A stretch of DNA of 64,000 bases, from assembly GCA_963827235.1 (NCBI GenBank), contig CAWHAE010000010.1:480001-544000 (forward strand). The letters run 5' to 3'. The translations under genes were made by a program, and so were the position numbers. The DNA is from an uncultured bacterium. Its GTDB lineage: Bacteria; Chloroflexota; UBA5177; JANWHV01. Positions within the stretch are counted from its first letter, which is position 1. Each line of letters begins with the position of its first letter. Shown here one piece after another: positions 38,815 to 49,012 of the stretch. The notes beneath the pieces were generated by a model. That model did not search any database. It was not told the DNA's origin and was given only the letters and a program-made list of their open reading frames with translations.

Positions 38815-39780
38815 TCAGGCAGCCGTTTCGCGCAGCGAGTGGCCGGTCTGGCGCAGGAAGACATCGTCGAGCGAGGGGCGAGCCAGGGCGATGGTGCGGA
38901 GCACGATCTGTGCGCCGTCGAGCAGCCGGAGTATGGCCGGCAGCGCTTCGGCGCCGTGATCGACGTAGAGGCGCAGCTCGTCCTTGTCGACCTGGACCTC
39001 GCGCACGTAAGGCTCGGTGGCCAGGAGGTCGCGCGCTCGCTGCAGCGTGCCGCCTTGCGCATCCAGGCCGATGGACACCACGTCGCCGGCGATGCGGCGC
39101 TTGAGCGTGTCGGGCGTTCCTTCAGCCACGATGCGGCCGTCGTCGATGATGGCAAGCCGGTTGCAGAGCTGATCGGCCTCGTCGAGGTAATGGGTGGTGA
39201 GGAACACGGTGGCTCCCTGGTCGCGGAGCCGGCGCACAACATCCCAGAGCCTGGCCCGGTTCTGCGGATCCAGTCCGGTCGTCGGCTCGTCCAGGAACAG
39301 CAGTGGTGGCTGATGAACCAGGCCGAGGGCAACGTCGAGACGTCGTTTCTGGCCGCCGGAATAGGTGGCGGCCATGCGGTCGGCGAAAGAGTCCAGCTCG
39401 AGTGCCACCAGCAGATCCGCGGTACGGGCCATGGCGGCTGCCTTACTTTGCCCGTAGAGCCGGCCTTGCAGTACCAGGTTCTCGCGGCCGGTGGCCGTGA
39501 TATCTATACCGCCGCTTTGACTGACGTAGCCGATGCGCTCACGCACGCGGGCGGGCTCACGGAGCAGGTCGTGACCGGCGACGGTGGCTTCGCCGCCGCT
39601 TGGCGGCAGCAGGGTGGTGAGCATGCGCAGGCTGGTGGTCTTGCCGGCTCCATTGGGACCAAGAAAGCCGAAGATCTCACCCTGGTCGACCGCCAGGTCG
39701 ACGCCGCGCACGGCCTCGACTGCCCCGCGGCGGGAGGTGAACGTCTTGCGCAGGCCGTGGGTCTCAAGCATCTTGGACAC
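38815..39780 (-). CDS. ABC exporter ATP-binding protein (DrrA-like)
   Basis: GPNGAGKTT, YSGGQKRRLD, LDEPTTGLDPQ, THYLDEAD. Confidence 0.93.
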   Translation of the reverse strand: MSKMLETHGLRKTFTSRRGAVEAVRGVDLAVDQGEIFGFLGPNGAGKTTSLRMLTTLLPPSGGEATVAGHDLLREPARVRERIGYVSQSGGIDITATGRENLVLQGRLYGQSKAAAMARTADLLVALELDSFADRMAATYSGGQKRRLDVALGLVHQPPLLFLDEPTTGLDPQNRARLWDVVRRLRDQGATVFLTTHYLDEADQLCNRLAIIDDGRIVAEGTPDTLKRRIAGDVVSIGLDAQGGTLQRARDLLATEPYVREVQVDKDELRLYVDHGAEALPAILRLLDGAQIVLRTIALARPSLDDVFLRQTGHSLRETAA

Positions 39781-39818
39781 CCGAATCTCCTCCTCGTCGT
39801 TCGATCAAGACGGTCCGA

Positions 39819-39865
39819 TACTCAAGCTTGAGTAGAGAGCATGCTCTACTATAAAAGGTTGAATA
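39819..39865. promoter_or_regulatory. Putative PadR operators upstream of the exporter
   Basis: Perfect palindrome TACTCAAGCTTGAGTA (39819-39834) and an 11/16 copy TATAAAAGGTTGAATA (39850-39865). Confidence 0.7.
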
Positions 39866-39956
39866 CTCCGCGTCAATGCACTGAGGCGGGACATCCGTCG
39901 ACGTGTGCCAGATTACACAGTTTGCAGGCGTGCCCTGGCGCGGCCGTCATGGTGGC

Positions 39957-40502
39957 TCAGGGAAGGTCTCCGCGCTTCACTCGGTCCGTGGCTTCCTCGG
40001 CCCAGCGCAGCTCGGCCACATAGTGCTCGGTCACCAGCCGGAAGTTCTCCATGACATGACGCGGGATGCCGTTCTGCTCCATGCCGGATTGCTTATCCGC
40101 CATGATCCCGACAACCGTGCGTGCTACCGCCGCGCGGTGCTTGAGTGCTGCCAGCAGCTCATCGAGCGGCAGCTCGGACATGAAGGTCAGAGCCACCTGA
40201 AAGGGGTCGATTACCGGCTTCGGTTGCCACCAGAACTCGCGCAGGAGTCGCTGAAACTCTGCCTCGCCCTGCCGCGTGACCGCATAAACCGTGCGCGCTG
40301 GTCCCTTTCCGGACCGACTGCGCTCGACGGTCTGGACCAGGCCCTCCTTGGCCATCTTGTTGAGAGCATAGTAGATCGAGCCGTAGGCGATGTTTGCCCA
40401 TTGCTCGGCATTCCAGGATTCGAGCTCGCGGCGCACCTCGTAGCCGTGCGTCGGCTGCTTGATACGCAGCACGCCAAGGATCAGCAGTCGCGTCGCCGAC
40501 AT
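39957..40502 (-). CDS. PadR family transcriptional regulator
   Basis: LLILGVL..PTHGYEV..WANIAYGSIYYAL.KM..EGL..RTVYAVT..G..EF. Confidence 0.9.
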   Translation of the reverse strand: MSATRLLILGVLRIKQPTHGYEVRRELESWNAEQWANIAYGSIYYALNKMAKEGLVQTVERSRSGKGPARTVYAVTRQGEAEFQRLLREFWWQPKPVIDPFQVALTFMSELPLDELLAALKHRAAVARTVVGIMADKQSGMEQNGIPRHVMENFRLVTEHYVAELRWAEEATDRVKRGDLP

Positions 40503-40513
40503 ATCCCCTCGCA

Positions 40514-40529
40514 TATACAATCTTGTATA
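40514..40529. promoter_or_regulatory. Putative PadR autoregulatory operator
   Basis: TATACAA-tc-TTGTATA, 11 nt before the padR start; same TAyWCAAnnTTGWrTA pattern as 39819. Confidence 0.7.
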
Positions 40530-40800
40530 GTGTAGCAGGGAACGACGTGCGAATGGGACCGGCCGGTCATCCTCAACGAGGTCCGTCTTGCGCTTGCTCC
40601 GCGGCTGCTGGACAGATTCGTGCAACGTCGCGGGCAACGGGGCTGCAGTGTGCGATAATCATCCACATCGGCGTCGATGGCAACCAGCACGGTCGCGCGG
40701 GACGATGTGGATGGTCCCTGGGTCATGCGGAAGCGTCGTCACCCGGTGCCCCGCAAGCTTCTCCGCGCTGTTGTGCCAAGGGCCGAGTGGAGGTGGCACC

Positions 40801-42042
40801 ATGTTCCGCTCCCTCACCGGTGTCGTGTATCCGGTGCCCGATCTTTCTCGTGCACGGTCCTGGTACAGCTCGGTACTCGCACAGGAGCCAACGCTCGATT
40901 CTCCGTTCTCGGTGGCGTACGAGATAGGCGGCGCCCTGTTGCTACTTGTGCCCTCGACCGCGCCGAACGAGACACAGTGGGACCGAGGGATCGCCTATTG
41001 GCAAGTCGACGACGTGGACGGAGCATATCGGGATCTGCTGCGGGCAGGGGCAAGTGCGCTGACCGAAGCCAGCGCTACTGTGCTCGGCCTTCGTGTGGCT
41101 ACGCTCGTCGATCCGTTCGGCAATACATTTGGACTTGCTGCCAAAGCCTCGTACCAAGAGAATCCCACGGTCGACGCGCCATCCGAATCGGCCATGGCCG
41201 TCGCCGTGTGCCGCGCTCTGGCCGCCAGCGAGCCGGAGGAGCCGGCGCGCGGGCCCGACTATCTGGCCGAGATCTTCTTGCCTGACGCCGCCAGGCAGGC
41301 CCTGCGCGAGAGCGACTCTCGCCAGTGGCTGCGGGACCACGTGATCAAGCCGGATGGCGTATATGCGTATTTCCTGGCGCGCACGGCTTACATCGACCAC
41401 GTCGTATTGCAGGCTCTCACGGCCCGGGTACCGCAGGTGGTCGTTCTGGGAGCGGGCTATGACAGCAGGCCGTACCGCTTTGCCGGTCAGATCGGCGACA
41501 CGCGGCTGTTCGAGCTCGACAAGCCGGCCACGCAAGACCGCAAGGTCAGTCGCTTGCGGGAGGCCGGTCTGACGATTCCTCCGCAGCTGTCCTATGCTGC
41601 GATCGACTTTGAGCGCGACGACCTCGGCGAAGTGCTGTGCAAGGCCGGCTTCGATCGCGGCAAGCGATCCCTCTTCGTCTGGGAAGGGGTCTCCTACTAT
41701 CTCCACAAGCAGGCTGTCGAGGCGATCTTCACCGCTATCAGGGCATCGGTGCCGGTTGAAAGCACGCTCTGCTTTGACTACATGCTCGATGCGCCGGATA
41801 TCCTGGACCGCTATGGGGTGCGCGGCACGCTTGAGTCCATGCGGACCAGCTTTCCCGATGGCCGGCCACGGTTCAGCATAACCGAGGGCTCGGCCGGGTC
41901 CTTTCTGGAGCAGCGCGGCTTTGCCCTCACCGAGCATCTGACGTCGGCGGATATGGAGGGCCGGTATCCTACCGTCGCGACAGCAGGGCAGCCTGATCGA
42001 ATTTCGGCTATCTTCTGCCTTGCTCTGGCCTCGGCTCTGTGA
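40801..42042 (+). CDS. VOC/glyoxalase domain fused to an LCM-type SAM-dependent methyltransferase
   Basis: N-terminus YPVPDLSRARSWYS..AYWQVDDVD..VATLVDPFGN; C-terminus ARTAYID, QVVVLGAGYDSR, FELD, WEGVSYYL; GGAGG RBS. Confidence 0.85.
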   Translation: MFRSLTGVVYPVPDLSRARSWYSSVLAQEPTLDSPFSVAYEIGGALLLLVPSTAPNETQWDRGIAYWQVDDVDGAYRDLLRAGASALTEASATVLGLRVATLVDPFGNTFGLAAKASYQENPTVDAPSESAMAVAVCRALAASEPEEPARGPDYLAEIFLPDAARQALRESDSRQWLRDHVIKPDGVYAYFLARTAYIDHVVLQALTARVPQVVVLGAGYDSRPYRFAGQIGDTRLFELDKPATQDRKVSRLREAGLTIPPQLSYAAIDFERDDLGEVLCKAGFDRGKRSLFVWEGVSYYLHKQAVEAIFTAIRASVPVESTLCFDYMLDAPDILDRYGVRGTLESMRTSFPDGRPRFSITEGSAGSFLEQRGFALTEHLTSADMEGRYPTVATAGQPDRISAIFCLALASAL

Positions 42043-42189
42043 GCTGGTCGACCCGTGGGCCGGGCGTCAGCCGACCATGCAGCAGCGTGTGCGTGCCGCG
42101 ATCTTGGGCGACGAGAAGGCGTCCTTTGTCCGGCGAGGCACTCGATAACGGAGCGTGCCACCAGGCCTTGCCCGGCCAGGTTCAAGTGA

Positions 42190-42665
42190 AGGCGGTCCAT
42201 GATCAGCATTGCCACGGCGTTCTTGAAGTCACCCTCGCCGGCGCACGGAATGCCTCGCGCGGTCAGCAGCGAGCCGCCCAGAATCAGGGCCGCGCCCAGA
42301 TCCTCGAATACACCATGCCCATGGTAGTAGTAGGCCAGTCCGTCCAGCCGCCGAGCAGCCACCAAGCTGCTCATGCCCGCGGCAACGCGGGCCGCATAGC
42401 GCAGATTCCGATCCTCGACCGGCGAATCGATCTCGAACATCTGTCGCCCTGCCGCCAGCGTGGCGTTCTGCTCATCCTGTGCGGCTGCATCGACACATGA
42501 GTGCAGGTCGTCCATCTCCAGCATTTCGACGTGCAGGCAAAGCTGCGCGTGGCGCTGAGTGAAGTCGGAATACATGTCGAGCCTGCCGGGATAGGTGTGG
42601 CCGAGAAAGCCCAGGCGAGCCTCGCGGAGCGCGCGGAGGACCGTGGCAGCGCGGCACCACGATCT
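42190..42665 (-). pseudogene. Internal fragment of an L-fucose/L-arabinose isomerase-family gene
   Basis: ARLGFLGHTYPGRLDMYSD, EMLEMDDL, LDGLAYYY, SLLTARGIPCAGEGDFKNAVAMLIMD; both termini are missing; boundaries are approximate. Confidence 0.7.
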
Positions 42666-42782
42666 CGACGCTTCGCCGCACCTGCGCCGTGAACACCAGA
42701 AGCTTGCCCTGGCGCTCAAGGTCACTCAGATCCAGGCGGATAGTCACTTCGGAGACGCCGCGTCCCCGCCGGAGAACAGCCG

Positions 42783-45700
42783 TCAGGTTGGCGGATCAGC
42801 ATTCGGCGGCCGGCTGTCGACCTGCGCCAGCAACGGCAAATGCACCGTGAACGTCGAACCCTGACCTGCTATCGAGACGACGTCCACCGTTCCGTCATGA
42901 GCCTCGACGATCTGACGAGTGATGTAGAGTCCGAGGCCCATGCCGCGCCCGGCCGCCGACTCGGCGTCCTGCGGCCGGAATCGGTAGAACAGATGGGGCT
43001 TCACGCTCTCCGGCACGCCCGGCCCGTAATCCTGCACCTGAAACTGCGCTTCGCCGTCGACCTCGAGGAGACGAGCGTCGACCGGCGAGTCCGGCGCGTA
43101 GGTGATCGCATTGGCGAGCAGATTCATCGCCACTTGTTCGAGCCGGACCGGATCGCCGTCTACGATCACCTGGCTCGCGGGCTCCCGGTAGCGAACTTCG
43201 CGGTCCGTAGCAAGTATGGCGGCGACGTCAACCGCGTTCCTGATTGCCGCGGCCAGGTCCATGGGCTTGCGCACAACCTGCAACCGGCCGAGCTGAACAC
43301 GGCTGAGGTCGAGAAGGTCGCTGACCAGGTGCTCGAGGCGAATGGCGCCCGCAAGTGCTCCGCTGGCGTAGCGGCTCCACTCGTCGGTCTGCGATCCCGG
43401 CTCGCCGGTGCTGCTGGAGAGCCCTCGTGCCAGAAGCTGCAAGAAGCCGGTGATTGCCGTCAGCGGTGTGCGTAGCTCGTGACTCGCCATGGCCAGGAAC
43501 TCGGCCTGAAGGCGTCGCAGCGTGCGCTCAGTCACGTCTCGCGCAGCCAGAACGCTGCCCCTCGCTACGCCGAGATCCTCTCGCACGGGCCGCCCGCAGG
43601 CATCGAACCAATGGCTCGTGCCATCCTCGCGCTGGATCGAGAACAGCATCTCGAAGACCTCGCCCCGTCTGGCTCGCGCCTGCGGTGATTCCTCGGCGGT
43701 CAGCCGCGCGCCGAGCTCATCGAGCATCTGCGGCCCGGCATCGGCGTCGACGAACAGGCGCCTACCGCTCTCGTTGGAAAAGACTAACATCCCGGCCGCA
43801 TCGAACACGGCGACGGCGTCGCTCATGCTCGCGAAGATCGCCTCGAGCCATTTCCGCTGTGTGTCGGCGGTGCCGGCCAGAGCTACCGCCTCCTGATGGC
43901 GGGCACGCAGCTCGTCGTTGGTGGTCTCCAGCTCTTCCACCGTCGCTTGCTGCTCTTCGTTCAGGGTCTCAATCTCCTCGTTGGTGGCCTGCAGCTCCTC
44001 ATTGAGCGTTTCGACCTCCTCCGCGGCGGCCTGGACCTCCTCGTTACCCAGCAGGTATTTCTCATTGGCGCTGCGGAGCTGCCAGTTCTGGCGGGTGAGA
44101 TCCTCGTTGACCGCCAGAAGCTCCTCGTGGGCCGTCCGTGCCTGACTGACCAGGGCGGTCAGTCGCTGCACCTCCTTCTCGGCACCGGCGAGGTTCTGTG
44201 CCGCCGACTGTTCTCTGAGCACGGTCGCCGTCTCGTCGGTGATCAGGATTAACGCACCCGGATCCTGCTGTTCGGCGCGCCAGGGCACGCAGGTTACGCA
44301 GAGGTATCGCGTGGCACCCACGGTCACCGCCTCGGTCGGCATAGGTTCCATCGTTCGTGCCTCGCCTCGCAACGCCGCGTCGATAGCGTTCTTGAGATCG
44401 AGAGCGGAGATTCCCTGCACCCGGTGCACGACGTCTTCTCCCAGGGCGGCAGTGCGTATGCCGAGGAGACTGCGCGCCTGCATGTTGATGCGCTTGATGT
44501 CATAGCTGCCGTCGACCACGACGACGCCGATCGGAAGGCCCAGCAGCACATCATCGGCGTCGAACTGTGCGGCCTGCGCCAACTGCGCTTCCCGCCGGAC
44601 ACGTGCCAGCTCGAGCGCGGCCGGCGTCACCGGCGCGGCGCGATGCCTGAACATTCCTGCTATGGCCTCGGGCCCCTGCAGAAGGGGAAGGGTGACTCGA
44701 TCACCCTGCCGCCGGAACACGCGCAGGGCCGAGTGAACCGGCACGAACAGCGCAGGCAGGGGATTGGTGGACTCGGCCTTGCCGAGAACCAGGTAGCCTT
44801 CCTGGCGCAAAGCGAAGGCCAGCAGCTCCAGGGCACGGCGCTGCAGGTCCGCCGTAAAATAGATGAGCACGTTCCGGCAGAGGCAGAGATCGATACGCGG
44901 AAACGGCGGCCGCATCCCGAGATCATGCTGGCCAAAGACGACCAAGCTGCGCACTTCCTTGCGCAGCTCGAACGTGCCGCCGACATCGGTGAAATAACGC
45001 TCTACGAGAGCGCCGGGTACGTTTTCCAGAGATCCCGACGGATACATTGCCCGCCTGGCGAACTCGATTGCCTCCGTGTCCAGGTCTGTGGCAAAGATCC
45101 GCACGTTCCAGGACTCGAGCTCATCTCCGAGCGCGCTAGCCGCGAGCAGGGCCAACGAATACGCCTCCTCGCCGGTAGCGCAGCCGGCGCTCCACAAGCG
45201 CAGCTCGCGACTCCGCGTTCGCCCGAAGGCGATGAGATCTGGTATCACGACGTCGCGCAGGTAGCTGAAGAGGTCCGGGTCGCGGAAGAAACCGGTCACC
45301 TTGATCAGGAATGAGTTCACCAGGCGATCGAATTCCTCAGGGTGCTGATCGAGATAGCCGCGATACTCGCGCAACGTACGGGTACCGGTCGCTACCATGC
45401 GGCGCTGAAGGCGCCTGTGGATGGTGGGAGCCTTGTACTGGCCGAAGTCCAACCCGTTTCGGTCGCGCACATCAGCCAGCAGCGATCGCAGCTGCCGGTC
45501 CTCGCGACGTGCGGCCGGAGCATAGGCGCCCGTGAGCAGGTCGTAGAGCAGGGTACCCATCGCGTCGACGTCGACCACAGCGTCGACCACGGTCGGAGCC
45601 AGAGCCAGCGGCATAGAAGGAAAGCTGGCGGTCCGCGGGTTCTGGATCACCACGGTACCGCCTGCCTCCTTTACCCTGAGCGCTCCGGCCGCTCCGTCGG

Positions 45701-46097
45701 AGCCGAGGCCGGAGAGCACCACAGCGATCAGTCCCTCGCCGAACACGCCGGCTGCGGAGCGGAAGAGCAGATCGATGGACGGCTTTGGCCCGCCCGCTCC
45801 GTCGACGTCGACCGACAGATGGTGGTTCGTAACCCGGATGTGCCGATTGGACGGGACTATGTAGACTTTGCCCGCTTCGAGCGGTTCTTGATCCTCCACC
45901 ACGTGCACGGGCAGCGCGCTGTGCCGTGCCAAGATCGCGGTAAGGTGGCTGGCTCGTGTAGGGTCCAGGTGCTGCGCGATCACCAGCGGGGCGGGGAAGT
46001 CTCGCGGCAGCGTGGCCACGAGCGCCGACAGCACCTCGACGCCGCCTGCAGATGCGCCGACAGCTACGAGCTGCGAGATCTCGGACCGGTCAGACAT
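42783..46097 (-). CDS. CheB methylesterase-CheR methyltransferase-PAS-histidine kinase hybrid
   Basis: GASAGG, AQHLDP, LSGLGSDG (CheB); VTGFFRD, WSAGCATGEEAYS, CRNVLIYF (CheR); coiled coil EELQATNEE; SHELRTPL, NLLANA, DYGPG, GLGL. Confidence 0.92.
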   Translation of the reverse strand: MSDRSEISQLVAVGASAGGVEVLSALVATLPRDFPAPLVIAQHLDPTRASHLTAILARHSALPVHVVEDQEPLEAGKVYIVPSNRHIRVTNHHLSVDVDGAGGPKPSIDLLFRSAAGVFGEGLIAVVLSGLGSDGAAGALRVKEAGGTVVIQNPRTASFPSMPLALAPTVVDAVVDVDAMGTLLYDLLTGAYAPAARREDRQLRSLLADVRDRNGLDFGQYKAPTIHRRLQRRMVATGTRTLREYRGYLDQHPEEFDRLVNSFLIKVTGFFRDPDLFSYLRDVVIPDLIAFGRTRSRELRLWSAGCATGEEAYSLALLAASALGDELESWNVRIFATDLDTEAIEFARRAMYPSGSLENVPGALVERYFTDVGGTFELRKEVRSLVVFGQHDLGMRPPFPRIDLCLCRNVLIYFTADLQRRALELLAFALRQEGYLVLGKAESTNPLPALFVPVHSALRVFRRQGDRVTLPLLQGPEAIAGMFRHRAAPVTPAALELARVRREAQLAQAAQFDADDVLLGLPIGVVVVDGSYDIKRINMQARSLLGIRTAALGEDVVHRVQGISALDLKNAIDAALRGEARTMEPMPTEAVTVGATRYLCVTCVPWRAEQQDPGALILITDETATVLREQSAAQNLAGAEKEVQRLTALVSQARTAHEELLAVNEDLTRQNWQLRSANEKYLLGNEEVQAAAEEVETLNEELQATNEEIETLNEEQQATVEELETTNDELRARHQEAVALAGTADTQRKWLEAIFASMSDAVAVFDAAGMLVFSNESGRRLFVDADAGPQMLDELGARLTAEESPQARARRGEVFEMLFSIQREDGTSHWFDACGRPVREDLGVARGSVLAARDVTERTLRRLQAEFLAMASHELRTPLTAITGFLQLLARGLSSSTGEPGSQTDEWSRYASGALAGAIRLEHLVSDLLDLSRVQLGRLQVVRKPMDLAAAIRNAVDVAAILATDREVRYREPASQVIVDGDPVRLEQVAMNLLANAITYAPDSPVDARLLEVDGEAQFQVQDYGPGVPESVKPHLFYRFRPQDAESAAGRGMGLGLYITRQIVEAHDGTVDVVSIAGQGSTFTVHLPLLAQVDSRPPNADPPT

Positions 46098-46473
46098 CTA
46101 AGTGAGCCGTAGTCAGCACGACGGGCCTCGATTCGGGCAACACGAGTATAGTCGTCGTAACTGCGATTGTATCGTCATTCACTCTAGGGAGCGGGCCCGG
46201 CATCGGGGTCATACGTGGCAGATGGCGGCACGCGGCACGTCATCGCCACACCGGCCACCGTGGCGCGATGGCACTTGGAGCGATTGAGCTCGTCATGCCG
46301 TTACGCGCGCCATCCGGCCCTTAGATGTACCACAACTCGACGAGCGAGCGCCGTCTACGTCCTGGGCCCGACGCTAACCGGCACCGGGATGTCTCGGCTG
46401 CAGAATCCGGGCATCGCCAGGTGACAATGCGCCGCAAGCCTTCCAAGGCGCATTCATCGCGGATGAAACTCCG

Positions 46474-46989
46474 TTAACTGACGCCCACGCGGGCGCCACC
46501 GGCACGCGTCTCCTCCTGCACCGGAGAATCGGCCTGCTGCGGCGGCGGCTCGTCGAGCTCCAGCACGCGACCGGTACGAGCAACGACGACCCGGCAGCCC
46601 GCGCGGTGATGGTGCAGCTCATGACGCAGACGCTCGGAGAGACTTCCCGACCACCATCGGCGAAGCACCGTATCGTCCGTGTGACCAACGAGTACCAGAT
46701 CGCAGCCCAGGATGCGCGCCTGCTCGGCCAAGGTGTGGGCCGGGAAGCCGTGACGCACCCTGAATGTGACGCCGACCCCGTGTTTGGCGGCGAGATGGTC
46801 GGCATGGCGCTGCATCACCTGTTCGTACATGGCGACAGCCATCGGACCAGGGTTCCAGAACGGGGACTCGACGAGGACCGCCACCACGTCGGTACTGAAG
46901 CGGGCAGCGTACTCCAGCGCCGTCTCCAGCGTCTCCCACGAGTTCAGCGTATTGTTGAGCCCGACCAGAATCTTGTGGCGCACAGTCAC
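46474..46989 (-). CDS. Universal stress protein
   Basis: KILVGL, GFPAHTL, CDLVLVG, GSLSERL..AGCRVVVAR. Confidence 0.82.
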   Translation of the reverse strand: MTVRHKILVGLNNTLNSWETLETALEYAARFSTDVVAVLVESPFWNPGPMAVAMYEQVMQRHADHLAAKHGVGVTFRVRHGFPAHTLAEQARILGCDLVLVGHTDDTVLRRWWSGSLSERLRHELHHHRAGCRVVVARTGRVLELDEPPPQQADSPVQEETRAGGARVGVS

Positions 46990-47126
46990 ACCTCCCCGCC
47001 CCCGCGTTGATCGCAGGACGACTCGGCGTCACCTGCTACACGAGGTGGGCCAATCCCCGGGAAGCAACATTGCTTCCTTCTATCCGCACTATAGCACTCT
47101 CCGGGCCTGGGTCAAGCACTTCGGTG

Positions 47127-47781
47127 CTAGCGGTCGAGCCTGGTCTCCAGCCAGCGCTGAACGAACTCAAGGCTCTCGCTCGACACCTCGTGCCCCATGC
47201 CGAACTCCCGATATACGAGGTCTGCATGGAGGGCGGTGAGATAGTCGCGGGCCTGCCTGCCTAGCTCGACTGGAAGCACCGTATCCCACTCGCCGTGCAC
47301 CTGAACGAGTGGAAATCCGCCGAGGTCGCCCGTCGCCGGTGCCGCGAGCTCCGGCACCACGGCGCCGCTCATCGATCACGGTGCCTGCCAACAGGTCCGG
47401 CCGCGCGAGGCTCACCGCCGCCGCCAGCATCGCGCCCTGGCTGAATCCGGCCAGGAACACGCGCGAGCGATCCACGCGCAAGGCCTCGCCCAGCTCTTCC
47501 AGGAAGCGAATCACGGTATCGCAGCTCTGCTTGACCTGCCGGATGTCCATCTCCAGGCCCTCGTCCGTGAAGTCGATCGAGAACCAGGCATAGGCATCGG
47601 GTCCCAGCACGAGGGGTGCCCGGGCACTCACCACCAGAAAGCGCGGGTCCAGCAACGGAGCGAGCGAAAAGAGGTCCGACTCGTTGCTACCCAGTCCGTG
47701 CAGGAGGACGAGCAGCGGCGCCGGACCTTCCCCACGGGCATGGCGCAGGCGATAGACAAGACTCCGGCTGGTTGTGCTCAT
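47127..47781 (-). pseudogene. Phospholipase/carboxylesterase (alpha/beta hydrolase), frameshifted
   Basis: LLHGLGSNE and GFSQG are in one frame; HGEWDTVLP and MGHEV are in another; one extra base at about 47373. Confidence 0.8.
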
Positions 47782-47810
47782 AGGGGGCGTTTCTCCGGGC
47801 AGCGGGTCCG

Positions 47811-48830
47811 CTACCCACCTATACGGGACATCTCGACCTTTTGCCGGGCGCTCGCGGTTGCACGCTGCTCCGAGTAATTGTCGTCGCGCCGTCGCCAGAC
47901 GGTGCCGATCGCGGCCAACAGCTCGTCGTCGGTGGCGCCGGATCGCAGCAGGGCGCGCAGATCGTAGCCGTTCTCGGCAAACAGGCACGCATACAGCTTG
48001 CCATCCGCCGAAAGCCGGAGACGCGTGCATCCACCGCAGAACGGCTGCGTAACCGACGAGATGACGCCGATCTCGCCACCACCGTCGCAATACCGGTAGC
48101 GCCGCGCCACTTCGCCCCTGTACCCGGGATCGACAGGCTCGATCGGCAGCTCGGTGGCGATCGCCGCCACGACCTCGGCCGAGGGCACGACGTCGTCCAT
48201 CCTCCAGCCATTGGTGGTGCCCACGTCCATGTATTCGATGAAGCGCACGGTGATTCCCGTGCCGTGAAAGTGTCTTGCCATCGGCAAGATGTCCTTCTGG
48301 TTTACCCCGCGCCGGACGACCATGTTCACCTTGATAGGCCAGAGGCCCGCGCCGCGCGCCGCCTCGATGCCCTCCAGCACCAGGGATACCGGTGCCGCGA
48401 CGTCGTTCATGGCCGCGAAAGTGGCGTCGTCGAGCGAATCGAGGCTCACCGACACGCGATGCAGGCCGGCTGCCCGTAATGCTTGGGCCTTGCGGGCCAG
48501 CAGCGAACCGTTGGTCGTGAGAGTCAGATCCCTGAGCCCTTGCACGCCGGCCAGCATCTGCACGAGAGTCTCGACATCGCGACGCGCCAGCGGCTCGCCG
48601 CCGGTCAGCCGGATCTTCTCGACCCCGAGACGCGTGAACAGTCCGGCCAGCCGAGCCATCTCCTCGAAGCGCAGAATCTGCCGCGACGATAGGAACACAA
48701 AGTCCCTGCCGAACACGTCCTTGGGCATGCAGTACGTGCAGCGGAAGTTGCAGCGGTCGGTCACGGAGAGGCGCAGGTCCCGCAACGGCCTTCTGCGCCG
48801 GTCGACAAGGCCCTTCGCTTCAGCGTCCAT
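47811..48830 (-). CDS. moaA: GTP 3',8-cyclase
   Basis: [48 protein letters not shown]-terminal MSRIGG. Confidence 0.96.
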   Translation of the reverse strand: MDAEAKGLVDRRRRPLRDLRLSVTDRCNFRCTYCMPKDVFGRDFVFLSSRQILRFEEMARLAGLFTRLGVEKIRLTGGEPLARRDVETLVQMLAGVQGLRDLTLTTNGSLLARKAQALRAAGLHRVSVSLDSLDDATFAAMNDVAAPVSLVLEGIEAARGAGLWPIKVNMVVRRGVNQKDILPMARHFHGTGITVRFIEYMDVGTTNGWRMDDVVPSAEVVAAIATELPIEPVDPGYRGEVARRYRYCDGGGEIGVISSVTQPFCGGCTRLRLSADGKLYACLFAENGYDLRALLRSGATDDELLAAIGTVWRRRDDNYSEQRATASARQKVEMSRIGG

Positions 48831-49012
48831 GCAATCCACCCTCTGCCATCCGACGCGCCGGAGTCACCGGGCCCCGCCCGGCGGGCTGCGCAATCTCGAT
48901 CGACTTCCACCTTCGATCGTACCTGACGGCCCGCAACCGGCCAGCGGCCGGCGGCGCGTCGACGTCGTGCCGGCAAGCGCTTGTCTCCGCGTACCGCGCC
49001 TGCCGTTCACGC

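Noticed and set aside
48831-49012. Possible Moco riboswitch upstream of moaA
   Set aside because: No recognisable Moco/Wco consensus elements.
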